From a bacterium (GTDB lineage Bacteria > Krumholzibacteriota > Krumholzibacteriia > G020349025), in assembly GCA_031362565.1 (NCBI GenBank), contig JANLSU010000127.1, positions 1 to 16,622 on the forward strand: DNA of 16,622 nt, written 5' to 3'. A program made the position numbers and the translations under genes. Below are positions 1 through 6,762 of this stretch, piece by piece (position 1 is the first letter of the stretch; every line of letters starts with the position of its first letter). A model generated the notes under the pieces. It searched no databases, was not told where the DNA came from, and saw only the letters and a list, made by a program, of their open reading frames with translations.

Positions 1-126
1 TCTGGGCCCCGCCAATCGGCATCACCTGGTGTTCTACGCAATCACTGCGCGCTCCGCTGCGACCTACACCGTGCAGCTGAACGGGCTGGTCTGGGAGTGG
101 CTCGCGAGCGACCGGGACGGCGACGT
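1..126 (+). repeat. Direct repeat copy A (126 bp, may extend left of window); copy B at 4481-4606
   Basis: Manual ungapped alignment gives 6 mismatches in 126 bp (positions 8, 39, 40, 45, 77, 103). Confidence 0.95.
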
Positions 127-412
127 CGTCCTCGACAACACGAAGGCCGACGGCGACTGGGCCAAGAACTTCTGCATCGCCCAAGCCCAGGCCGAAATGA
201 TCCGCAACGCCAACAACGTGAACTGCGTCGGCAAGCGCAACCTGCGCTGTTGCATGTTCAGCATCCAGACCCGAAGGAACGCCGGCGCCTACGCCAACGA
301 CGATCTGGGCGGCACCAACACGATCACCGGCAACACCGCCGCCGACGACATCAACATGATCAGCGTCGAGGGCGCCCCGAACGCGTTTTGCGTTTGGGAT
401 AAGCGGAACTGA
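2..412 (+). CDS. 3' end of a hypothetical protein (Asn/Cys-rich C-terminus); 5' end lies outside the window
   Basis: Frame open from position 2 (LGPANRHHLVFYAITAR...) to TGA at 410-412, with strongly G/C-ending codons. A homologous fragment in the same reading frame occurs at 4481-4606. Confidence 0.7.
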   Translation: MGPANRHHLVFYAITARSAATYTVQLNGLVWEWLASDRDGDVVLDNTKADGDWAKNFCIAQAQAEMIRNANNVNCVGKRNLRCCMFSIQTRRNAGAYANDDLGGTNTITGNTAADDINMISVEGAPNAFCVWDKRN

Positions 413-495
413 GCACAGGGCGGGTCACGCCACCCGGGAGGCACGCGCCTCCGCGGTCCCGGGTCGACCAGGGCGCGCTGCAGAGCTGTGCTTTT
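412..495 (+). terminator. GC-rich stem-loop after the ORF, possible terminator
   Basis: ACCCGGGA (432-439)/TCCCGGGT (457-464) nested inside AGCACAG (412-418)/CTGTGCT (486-492), followed by a short T run. Confidence 0.3.
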
Positions 496-524
496 GCGGT
501 GGGCTCGTGCCTCGGGTGCCGCGA

Positions 525-728
525 TTACGGAGTCTCACCCTGATTATTCTCGGAAGGAACCGGGTCCCGTGCATGAGACGCGGGGTTCGGATCACGCGGT
601 CCGGGCCCGAAGGAGATTTGCGCGACCCCATCGAAGCCCCGGAGGTGCCCTGGGGGCATTTTCAGGACTCTCTCATGGGCGGCCAGCACCGCGGCGCGGA
701 GGTCAATCACTTGCGGTCGTTCGTCCAT
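525..728 (-). CDS. Small hypothetical protein (67 aa)
   Basis: ATG at 728 with a GGAGGGG RBS-like element upstream, just downstream of hicB. No recognisable motif. Confidence 0.25.
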   Translation of the reverse strand: MDERPQVIDLRAAVLAAHERVLKMPPGHLRGFDGVAQISFGPGPRDPNPASHARDPVPSENNQGETP

Positions 729-759
729 CTGGCACCCCTCCACTTCGAAGCCCACTGCC

Positions 760-1023
760 CTATGCCGCGACCTCGACGGTTGCGTAGAAGTCGACTCGCT
801 TTGCAGAGCGCGACGGCCTCACGACTCGCTGGCGCGGGCGTGGAACAGGCTCACCGTCTTCGCGCAGGCCACGCAGGTGCATCTGAATCGCAACTTGAAT
901 ACGCCGCAGAACGACGTCGATGGTTTTCCCTGTCGCCACGCAGCCCGGCAAGTCCGGCACCGAAGCGCCCCAGTCGCTGTCCGTGTCGCGGCTCACCCGC
1001 ACCAAGTACTGAAACTTCTTCAC
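760..1023 (-). CDS. hicB: HicB-family antitoxin
   Basis: HicB N-terminal signature (WGASVPDLPGCVATGKTIDVV...IQMHLRGLREDGEPVP). The GTG start overlaps the TGA of the upstream hicA remnant (GTGA). Confidence 0.9.
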   Translation of the reverse strand: MKKFQYLVRVSRDTDSDWGASVPDLPGCVATGKTIDVVLRRIQVAIQMHLRGLREDGEPVPRPRQRVVRPSRSAKRVDFYATVEVAA

Positions 1024-1107
1024 GGTTTTTCACGCTCGAGTCTGGCTTGTCGCAAAACAGATCCCAGGGTGCCACTGGGCATGTCGTATGACGTCGCGCA
1101 CCTTCAC
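1020..1107 (-). pseudogene. hicA: HicA toxin remnant with internal deletion and frameshift
   Basis: HicA-like N-terminus VKVRDVIR is joined out of frame to a HicA-like C-terminus DMPSGTLGSVLRQARLEREKP*. The central GSH core is absent and the span is 88 nt. Confidence 0.8.
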
Positions 1108-1113
1108 GCAGCG

Positions 1114-1122
1114 AGAATACCA
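1114..1122 (-). promoter_or_regulatory. Extended -10 element of the hicA-hicB operon (probably leaderless)
   Basis: TGG-TATTCT on the minus strand, exactly 6 nt before the GTG at 1107. Confidence 0.45.
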
Positions 1123-1125
1123 CAG

Positions 1126-1246
1126 GTGGGCGACCGGCGTTTCAATGAACCGGACCTTCGTAGAATGCTTGATCGCGCCAACGATCTGCGGGAGAATGTT
1201 GTTCGCGGCCGTTGGGTCGTGGAGACCCGGTTGCGTCTGGGAGTAG
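1126..1246 (+). pseudogene. Fragment of a DUF4258-like putative toxin (usual partner of DUF2283)
   Basis: DRRFNEPDLRRMLDRANDLRENVVRGRWVVETR resembles the middle of the small protein usually found upstream of this DUF2283 subfamily. The N-terminus and C-terminal strands are missing. A possible original end (VWE*) lies in another frame at 1235-1246. Confidence 0.6.
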
Positions 1247-1248
1247 CG

Positions 1249-1518
1249 ATGCGCGAGCCATTTCTTGAGATCACGTTTCGACATGGCCGGCCGTTTGCGG
1301 CTTACTTCTATTTGCCCCAACGGTTAGGCGAGAAGAGCTATCGCACGCGCCGTGTGAAGCCAGGGCTCGTGATCGACTTCAATCGCGCTGGACGCGCCAT
1401 TGGCATCGAAATTACCGCTCCCGGCGAGTTGACGCTTGCGCAGTTCAACCGGGCGCTCCGCGAAATTGGTGCCGCTCCCATAACGCGCGCGGAGCTGGCG
1501 CCCTTGCTGGCGGCGTGA
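1249..1518 (+). CDS. DUF2283 domain protein (putative antitoxin), 89 aa
   Basis: AAYFYL...SYRTRRVKPGLVIDFNRAGRAIGIEI motif; GGAG RBS upstream of the ATG at 1249. Confidence 0.85.
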   Translation: MREPFLEITFRHGRPFAAYFYLPQRLGEKSYRTRRVKPGLVIDFNRAGRAIGIEITAPGELTLAQFNRALREIGAAPITRAELAPLLAA

Positions 1519-1524
1519 GCAATC

Positions 1525-1541
1525 GGGATCAGCTACCATCG
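1525..1541 (+). repeat. 17 bp element upstream of hicB, repeated at 4170-4186
   Basis: GGGATCAGCTACCATCG vs GGGATCGGCTACCATCG (16/17 identical); contains the -10-like hexamer TACCAT. Confidence 0.7.
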
Positions 1542-1573
1542 ATCTGCGACCGGGGTTCCGTGGAGGCTTCTTG

Positions 1574-1783
1574 ATGCGAACTTTCAATATCGTGATCGAG
1601 CGCGATCCTGACACCAGTCTGTACGTTGGTTACGTACCGGGCTGGCCTGGTGCTCATAGTCAGGGGGCGACCCTCGTCGAGCTCGAGACCAACCTCCGAG
1701 AAGTCATCGCCATGCTCCTCAAGGACGGAGATCCGAAGCTGGAATCCGAATTCGTTGGGATACAAACGATTCGGGTCGCTTGA
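1574..1783 (+). CDS. hicB: HicB-family antitoxin (short form), 69 aa
   Basis: IVIERDPDTSLYVGYVPGWPGAHSQGATLVELETNLREVIAMLL motif; GGAGG RBS at 1562-1566. Confidence 0.92.
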   Translation: MRTFNIVIERDPDTSLYVGYVPGWPGAHSQGATLVELETNLREVIAMLLKDGDPKLESEFVGIQTIRVA

Positions 1784-1785
1784 TC

Positions 1786-1812
1786 ATGGGTTCGGTTCGG
1801 GTCCTCAATCCC
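1786..1812 (+). pseudogene. First ~9 codons of a hicA toxin gene (MGSVRVLNP), then broken
   Basis: ATG 2 nt after the hicB stop. The peptide resembles the MGxxPVLKP start of HicA proteins that follow this HicB subfamily. It is interrupted by a tandem repeat. Confidence 0.55.
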
Positions 1813-1840
1813 GCTCCCCAATCCCGCTCTCCAATCCCGC
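1806..1840 (+). repeat. 13 bp-period tandem repeat (CAATCCCGC core x3)
   Basis: CAATCCCGCTCCC-CAATCCCGCTCTC-CAATCCCGC. Confidence 0.9.
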
Positions 1841-1912
1841 ATGAACGCGGTACTCCGCGACGATATGACCCATCTGCGCCGTCGACATCGCGGGCCGGGC
1901 GGCGCGGTGTAG
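1832..1912 (+). pseudogene. C-terminal remnant of a BrnA antitoxin paralog
   Basis: QSRMNAVLRDDMTHLRRRHRGPGGAV* aligns with QSRMNAVLRSYMTHVRRRRRGRGAA* at 7265-7342. There is an 18 bp exact match between 1831-1848 and 7264-7281. Confidence 0.85.
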
Positions 1913-1967
1913 AGCGTCGCGCGCCCGGCGAACCGTAGGAGCTTTTTGGATCCCCGATGATTAATAA

Positions 1968-1980
1968 AATCAATACGTTA
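1968..1980 (+). promoter_or_regulatory. IHF consensus site
   Basis: AATCAATACGTTA matches WATCAANNNNTTR exactly, with an A/T tract upstream. Confidence 0.45.
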
Positions 1981-2007
1981 CGTTTGGTATATATACCAAA
2001 CGTAACG
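1976..2007. repeat. Perfect 32 bp palindrome (putative operator 1)
   Basis: CGTTACGTTTGGTATA|TATACCAAACGTAACG. Confidence 0.9.
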
Positions 2008-2014
2008 ACTACCC

Positions 2015-2043
2015 TTGCCGAGAGCTTGAGCAAGGAGTAATCT
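2015..2043 (+). promoter_or_regulatory. Sigma70-like promoter of the AbiEi-like gene
   Basis: TTGCCG (2015-2020), 17 bp spacer, TAATCT (2038-2043), lying between the two palindromes. Confidence 0.6.
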
Positions 2044-2047
2044 CAAC

Positions 2048-2081
2048 TTGATAGGCAAGGTATATATACCTTGCCTATCAA
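2048..2081. repeat. Perfect 34 bp palindrome (putative operator 2)
   Basis: TTGATAGGCAAGGTATA|TATACCTTGCCTATCAA; shares the GGTATATATACC core with 1976-2007. Confidence 0.9.
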
Positions 2082-2098
2082 AATGAAGGATGAAGAAC

Positions 2099-2968
2099 AT
2101 GGCGGGTACTTTAGAGCAAGCGAAAGCCAAGATTCGGGACCGTCTTGCGGCTGAGAAAGGCGGCGTATTTACCGAAGCTCAGCTTCTAAAAATACTCGCT
2201 GACAACCGGGACGCGTGGCAGCTGGCAAAGTCCCTCTCAGGCGCAAAGTTCATCGCGTTCCTTGTCGCCAAGGTTGGCCTCCGCGTCGTGGAACTTCGGT
2301 CGGAGCGCTATCGAAGCATGCTCCGATACGCCTGGGGTGACTATTCACCTGAGCTCATGGCGCTTTCACTGCGTCCACGTTCGTACCTTTCGCACGGGAC
2401 GGCCGTGTTCCTGCATGGGCTAAACGACCAGCTTCCGAAGACCAATTACGCCAACCAGGAGCAGTCCGAGAAACCCTCCGGTGGAAAGCTCTCGCAGGAA
2501 CGGATCACGTTGGCGTTCTCCAGGCATCAGAGGACCTCAAACTATGTTTACAGCATGGACCGCTACCGCGTTGTTCTTCTCAGTGGAAAGCAAACCGCAC
2601 AACTGGGTGTCGTACCTGCAAAGGGCACGCGCGGTGAGGACCTCTTGGTAACTGGAATTGCCCGCACACTCGTCGACATTGTGGTCCGACCCGCGTACGC
2701 GGGTGGGGTCGCCCAGGTCCTTGACGCGTATCGGGGCGCGAAGGGTCGGGTGAAAGCGGCTGACATTGTTCGGACGCTTCAGAAGCTCGACTACGTGTAT
2801 CCGTACCACCAGGCAATCGGGTTCCTGATGGAGCGCGCTGGGTACAAACCGGAAGAGTGGGGGAGGCTCAGGCGCCTCGGGACGAAGTTCGATTTCTATC
2901 TCACGCATGGAATGAAGAATTCGACGCTCGATGCGAAGTGGCGGCTATTCGTCCCCGAGGGCCTCTAG
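2099..2968 (+). CDS. Type IV TA AbiEi-like antitoxin / transcriptional regulator
   Basis: AbiEi C-terminal motifs YLSHGTAVFLHGL and VTGIARTLVDIVVRPAYAGG. AAGGA lies 8 nt before ATG 2099 (alternative ATG at 2090). Confidence 0.8.
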   Translation: MAGTLEQAKAKIRDRLAAEKGGVFTEAQLLKILADNRDAWQLAKSLSGAKFIAFLVAKVGLRVVELRSERYRSMLRYAWGDYSPELMALSLRPRSYLSHGTAVFLHGLNDQLPKTNYANQEQSEKPSGGKLSQERITLAFSRHQRTSNYVYSMDRYRVVLLSGKQTAQLGVVPAKGTRGEDLLVTGIARTLVDIVVRPAYAGGVAQVLDAYRGAKGRVKAADIVRTLQKLDYVYPYHQAIGFLMERAGYKPEEWGRLRRLGTKFDFYLTHGMKNSTLDAKWRLFVPEGL

Positions 2969-3793
2969 CTTCGCGGCCTCCTCGACGACGAACGCGAAGT
3001 AGAAATCGAAGTCAAGCACTCGACCTTCTACCGCATCCTCCACGGCATGCCAGTCTGGACGATGGAACTCGCGCGTAGCGACAATCCCCCGCAGGAGTCT
3101 GAGCGGGACTCGTTTTGCTGCGAAGATGTGCCGGAAGAGCACGAGATTCTCCGGCAGTGTCAGGTCGATGCCGCGCTTGGTGACGGTGGCATAGATGTCA
3201 TAGAAATCGCGGGCGCGTGGTCTCGGGCTCGGGCGGCCGTACTCCGGCATCTGCTGGCAGATCGCCCGGAATTTTTCGATGACGCACATCTCCTCCGTGT
3301 AAACGTAGACCGTACGTCCATCAAGATCCGTTGCAATTTTCCCACCGCAGTACTCGTGCTTGCTGATATCCACTCGAAAAATGCGCGCATGTGTCGGGTC
3401 AATCGTCTGAGCTTGGATTCGCATTTTCTCGAGGTTGCGTCCAAGTGCGTCAGCTCTGCTTTTCTCTATGAGCTTGAATTCGACCCGGTAGCCGCCCCAC
3501 CATGGAGTGCCGTCATTCGCCACGCTGGGTGGCACCGCTACAAAGCTCTCATCGAAAACGACATGTCCGATCTCCTCAAACTCGGCCCGAAGTCCTTGCA
3601 AGATCCGGTAACTCGTGTCCGCCAGATCCTGAAATTCACCAGCAATGGAGAGGTCGATGTCGACCGAGCCGCGCGTGATGACGCGATGCACGAGTTCGAG
3701 AGCGTTTCCACCCTTGAGCACGAAACGGTGGAGAAGCACCTCGTCCGAGAACATGGCGGTGATGACAAGACGACGGATTTCAAAGAAGTCCAT
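2945..3793 (-). CDS. AbiEii/AbiGii-family nucleotidyltransferase toxin, 282 aa
   Basis: Family motifs LKGGNAL, RGSVDIDLS, IEKFRAI and RARDFYDIY; GGGAG upstream of ATG 3793 (frame is open to 3886). Confidence 0.9.
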   Translation of the reverse strand: MDFFEIRRLVITAMFSDEVLLHRFVLKGGNALELVHRVITRGSVDIDLSIAGEFQDLADTSYRILQGLRAEFEEIGHVVFDESFVAVPPSVANDGTPWWGGYRVEFKLIEKSRADALGRNLEKMRIQAQTIDPTHARIFRVDISKHEYCGGKIATDLDGRTVYVYTEEMCVIEKFRAICQQMPEYGRPSPRPRARDFYDIYATVTKRGIDLTLPENLVLFRHIFAAKRVPLRLLRGIVATREFHRPDWHAVEDAVEGRVLDFDFYFAFVVEEAAKLEALGDE

Positions 3794-4185
3794 GAGAAGC
3801 TCCCGAGATGCACCCGTGATGGGAGTCACGAATTCTACGAGATTCGCGCGGCTGAAGCCACTTCTGCGCGGTGGCTGCGACACCACGACCGGCGGGATCG
3901 CGCGCCCACGCTACGCCGGCATCACCCTCGACATCGGCCAGGAGTCCGTTCCGAGGCGGCCGGCGCGTTGACGGTCGGCGCATCCTATGTAGAGGCATGG
4001 CCTGCCTGGTCGGTAGCACATCAACAGAAGAATCCCTCACCACGCGCCCGCCGGTGGCTCGGAGGCCTTGGCACGGCTCGTGCTTCCGCGGGCACCAAGC
4101 GATCTTGGCAGCGAACGATCGCAGCGCAGAGCGCGGTGGAGCTTGGTTGGGCGAGTAGCGCGACGGGCGGGGATCGGCTACCATC

Positions 4186-4371
4186 GTGATTCTCCTAGCG
4201 CTGGGATTCGTGGAAGTCCGCCAACGAGGTTCCCACAAACAGTACCGGCATGCAGACGGCCGCGCGACCACGGTTCCCTTTCACGCCGGTCGAGACATCG
4301 CTCCCTCCCTGCTTCGTCGCATCGCACGAGACATCGGTTTGACGGTCGAGGAGTTCTTTCGGCAGCAATGA
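4186..4371 (+). pseudogene. hicA: HicA-family toxin lacking its N-terminal ~12 aa
   Basis: [48 protein letters not shown] is a clear HicA core with GSH. An in-frame TAG at 4156-4158 blocks extension. The GTG at 4186 could still give a 61 aa product. Confidence 0.8.
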
Positions 4372-4480
4372 GCGTATCCCGCCGACGGCCAGTCGTCCAA
4401 TTTTGGGGGAGCCGCGAGCGGCTGTCGGCCGCCGACCCGACGCTCGTCAAGCGCCGCTACGTCGAGTGGTCCGACATGTC

Positions 4481-4606
4481 TCTGGGCGCCGCCAATCGGC
4501 ATCACCTGGTGTTCTACGGCATCAGTGCGCGCTCCGCTGCGACCTACACCGTGCAGTTGAACGGGCTGGTCTGGGAGTGGCTGGCGAGCGACCGGGACGG
4601 CGACGT
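4481..4606 (+). repeat. Direct repeat copy B; internal fragment of a paralog of the gene at 2-412 (fragment probably begins near 4410)
   Basis: 120/126 identity to 1-126; similarity ends abruptly after DRDGDV. Confidence 0.9.
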
Positions 4607-4733
4607 GCGCATTGCGACGGTCGACAGGAACGGCGAGGTCTTTGGACTCGATTGCGATGGCGGGTCCAGCATGCCGGTGCGCCCGTCTGGCGCCGAGGCT
4701 GGTCGGCGATAGTCTGGGTGGTGGGATTCGACC

Positions 4734-4751
4734 CGATTCGGGTCGCTTGAT
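4734..4751 (+). repeat. 18 bp exact copy of the hicB 3' end (1767-1784)
   Basis: CGATTCGGGTCGCTTGAT at both positions. Confidence 0.85.
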
Positions 4752-4848
4752 AATACTCTACTGATTCGCATCGCACGGGAGTGAGTACCGACGGATGGCG
4801 AATCCCACCCGGTCGTGACAACAGAAAACGATGAACGCAGGGTTGGCC

Positions 4849-6504
4849 CTACATCCAAAACGCCAAGTCCCGCGCCTTCTTCCCCGTTCGCCAGCCTCGC
4901 AAGTCCCCGAACAACACATCCGGATCGCCGCCGTCCGCCAGGAAGGCACGCCACGAGTAGTGGTCGTAGATCACCTGAATATGCACCGCGTACAGCGTCG
5001 CAAGTCGCTTGTTGCCGCGGATGATCACCAAGTTCTCATCGTTCTTCTCTGATGCCGACACCGAGAAGTTGTGCGAGCCCGTGACAACCGCACATGTGGG
5101 GGAGAACGGGTCGGCGACGATGACCTTCGAGTGAACGATCGCCATCAAGCCGGCGGGGAAGAATTTTCGCCGCACGAACTCCTCGCGGGCCCAAGACGGC
5201 CCGTTCTTGTCGATGCCGCTCGGTAAGAGCGTCGATTCGCGGAAACTGTTCTCCTCGCCCTTCCGCACGACTCGCACCCCGTGCTCGATGATCCTACCCG
5301 TGGCACTCTCGCGTACTTCAGAGACAACGCCGCGCACGTAGGGGCCAGTCGCGCCCTGGCTGCGATCGAGAAGGGCGTTCAGGATCGGCGACTGCCCCGG
5401 GGTGTACTGCAAGAAGAAGAGCCCATGTTGCGCGTCGCGGATGATCTTCTCGGCTTCCGTCAGGTCGGCATGGGCTTTGGCGGCCGAGAAGATGACGTAG
5501 GCGGGGCCGTCGACCGTTGGAGTCGTATTCTTGGTTTTGAGCGTCGCGGGCATGTCGTCGTGCGCCTGGACCAGCAGATCCCACTGCTTCCGGAATCGCT
5601 CGGCGATCTTCGCGCGGCTGATGACGAGAACGTTGTTGAGCTGCGTGCAGAGCCCCGTGACCGTCCAATTGGTGCTGCCGGTCAAGACGCGAACCGGCCC
5701 CGCGTGCGGGTCGACTTCGACCACGAACTTGTTGTGCACGCTCGGCGACGAGCGACCCGCTTTGGAAAGATCGCGCTCGTGGACCACGAGCCCCGCCGTC
5801 CGGAGTTCGGTGGCGAGAGTTGCGAGCGTCGCCGACCCATTCCCGAGCAAGACGTGGCCGTGGCTGCCGAACGCCTTCAGGCCATCGATCAGCTCGCGAT
5901 CGTTGACCTCGTAGAGAGCGGCATAGATGTCGCTCCCACGCGTATGAGCCCGGGCTAGGAAGTCGAGCAGGACGTGCCGTGCCTGGCCCGCCAAGTAGCG
6001 GCGCGCCGGGAACCCTGCCTGGGCAAGCTGCGTCTTCAACTTCTTCAATCGCGCCACGGTCACGTCACCCTGGACGAAGCGGCTCACGACCTGTGACATG
6101 ATGATGCCCCGGTTGAAGACGGCCGCGAATCCGTCGCCCGCGTCTGAGGTCGCATCGACAGGTTCGCTCCAGCCGCTCGCAGCAGCCGGGACGGCGTGGA
6201 ACTTCCCGGCGGTCGCGGCGGGAATCATCGGCACGACCCGGTACTGCACTCGGTCGCCCGGATTGATCCCGTGGTCGAACCAAATGCAGCGGCGAATCGG
6301 CGACGCGACCGACGAGATGCCGTTGATCGGCACCGGCGGCCCGCCCTTCTTCGCCGGAATCCGATTGTGAATCGGCGTCTCGACGCCGGTTTTCACGTCG
6401 CGCTTCCAGAGCGCGAATCCAATCCACGCGTCCTGCCACGGGTCAGGGCGCCACGCAATGAGCGCGTCGTCCGAGTTCGCATAGGCCAGAATATGAATGG
6501 TCAT
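4849..6504 (-). CDS. Phospholipase D-superfamily protein with two HKD-type motifs, 551 aa
   Basis: VHNKFVVEVD...TGSTNW and VHSKVIVAD...TGSHNFS...NDEN; no obvious signal peptide. Confidence 0.92.
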   Translation of the reverse strand: MTIHILAYANSDDALIAWRPDPWQDAWIGFALWKRDVKTGVETPIHNRIPAKKGGPPVPINGISSVASPIRRCIWFDHGINPGDRVQYRVVPMIPAATAGKFHAVPAAASGWSEPVDATSDAGDGFAAVFNRGIIMSQVVSRFVQGDVTVARLKKLKTQLAQAGFPARRYLAGQARHVLLDFLARAHTRGSDIYAALYEVNDRELIDGLKAFGSHGHVLLGNGSATLATLATELRTAGLVVHERDLSKAGRSSPSVHNKFVVEVDPHAGPVRVLTGSTNWTVTGLCTQLNNVLVISRAKIAERFRKQWDLLVQAHDDMPATLKTKNTTPTVDGPAYVIFSAAKAHADLTEAEKIIRDAQHGLFFLQYTPGQSPILNALLDRSQGATGPYVRGVVSEVRESATGRIIEHGVRVVRKGEENSFRESTLLPSGIDKNGPSWAREEFVRRKFFPAGLMAIVHSKVIVADPFSPTCAVVTGSHNFSVSASEKNDENLVIIRGNKRLATLYAVHIQVIYDHYSWRAFLADGGDPDVLFGDLRGWRTGKKARDLAFWM

Positions 6505-6727
6505 AGTCGGTACGCCTCGAGTGCTGGGGACGCCGGCAGTCTACGGCAGTGGAGACCTGAAGGGAACTTCTCCCGGCTGCGGAGTCGAAAGCATCGTGCG
6601 CCGCGCGCCGAGGGCAATACTGCGTACGTAGATGTGCTTCCGCTACGTGCGGTCTTGAGGCGTGTTCGTTTGCACAAGCTGTACTCCAAGTAGACGACAT
6701 TAGGGCATGGCCGTCAGTCTCGCGACC

Positions 6728-6756
6728 TTGACAATCTGTATATACAGTCGTATGGT
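6728..6756 (+). promoter_or_regulatory. brnTA promoter with a palindromic putative operator in the spacer
   Basis: TTGACA (6728-6733), 17 bp spacer, TATGGT (6751-6756); palindrome CTGTATATACAG at 6736-6747; GTG start 6 nt after the -10. Confidence 0.8.
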
Positions 6757-6762
6757 ATTCTC

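Noticed and set aside
1..412. Diversity-generating retroelement TR/VR pair (repeat plus many AAC codons)
   Set aside because: Five of the six mismatches do not involve adenine on the + strand, the AAC-rich part is outside the repeat, and no reverse transcriptase is present.
877..1248. N-terminal extension making DUF2283 a 213 aa protein
   Set aside because: It runs through antisense hicB/hicA and a toxin fragment; the RBS-supported start is 1249.
1806..2081. CRISPR array
   Set aside because: The 13 bp tandem has no spacers, the two palindromes share only a 12 bp core, and there are no cas genes.
3047..4189. 380 aa plus-strand ORF
   Set aside because: It is the antisense shadow of the AbiEii gene and has no recognisable motifs.
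4068..4712. 214 aa ORF as a real gene
   Set aside because: It is a patchwork of an off-frame hicA region, the duplicated fragment and an unrelated tail.
4715..4810. tRNA or tRNA-derived att site (CGAATCCCACC resembles a T-arm)
   Set aside because: No intact TTCGA loop with a cloverleaf or CCA end can be built on either strand.
6736..6747. LexA/SOS box
   Set aside because: CTG-N6-CAG is 12 bp rather than the 16 bp CTG-N10-CAG; it is better explained as the BrnA autoregulatory operator.
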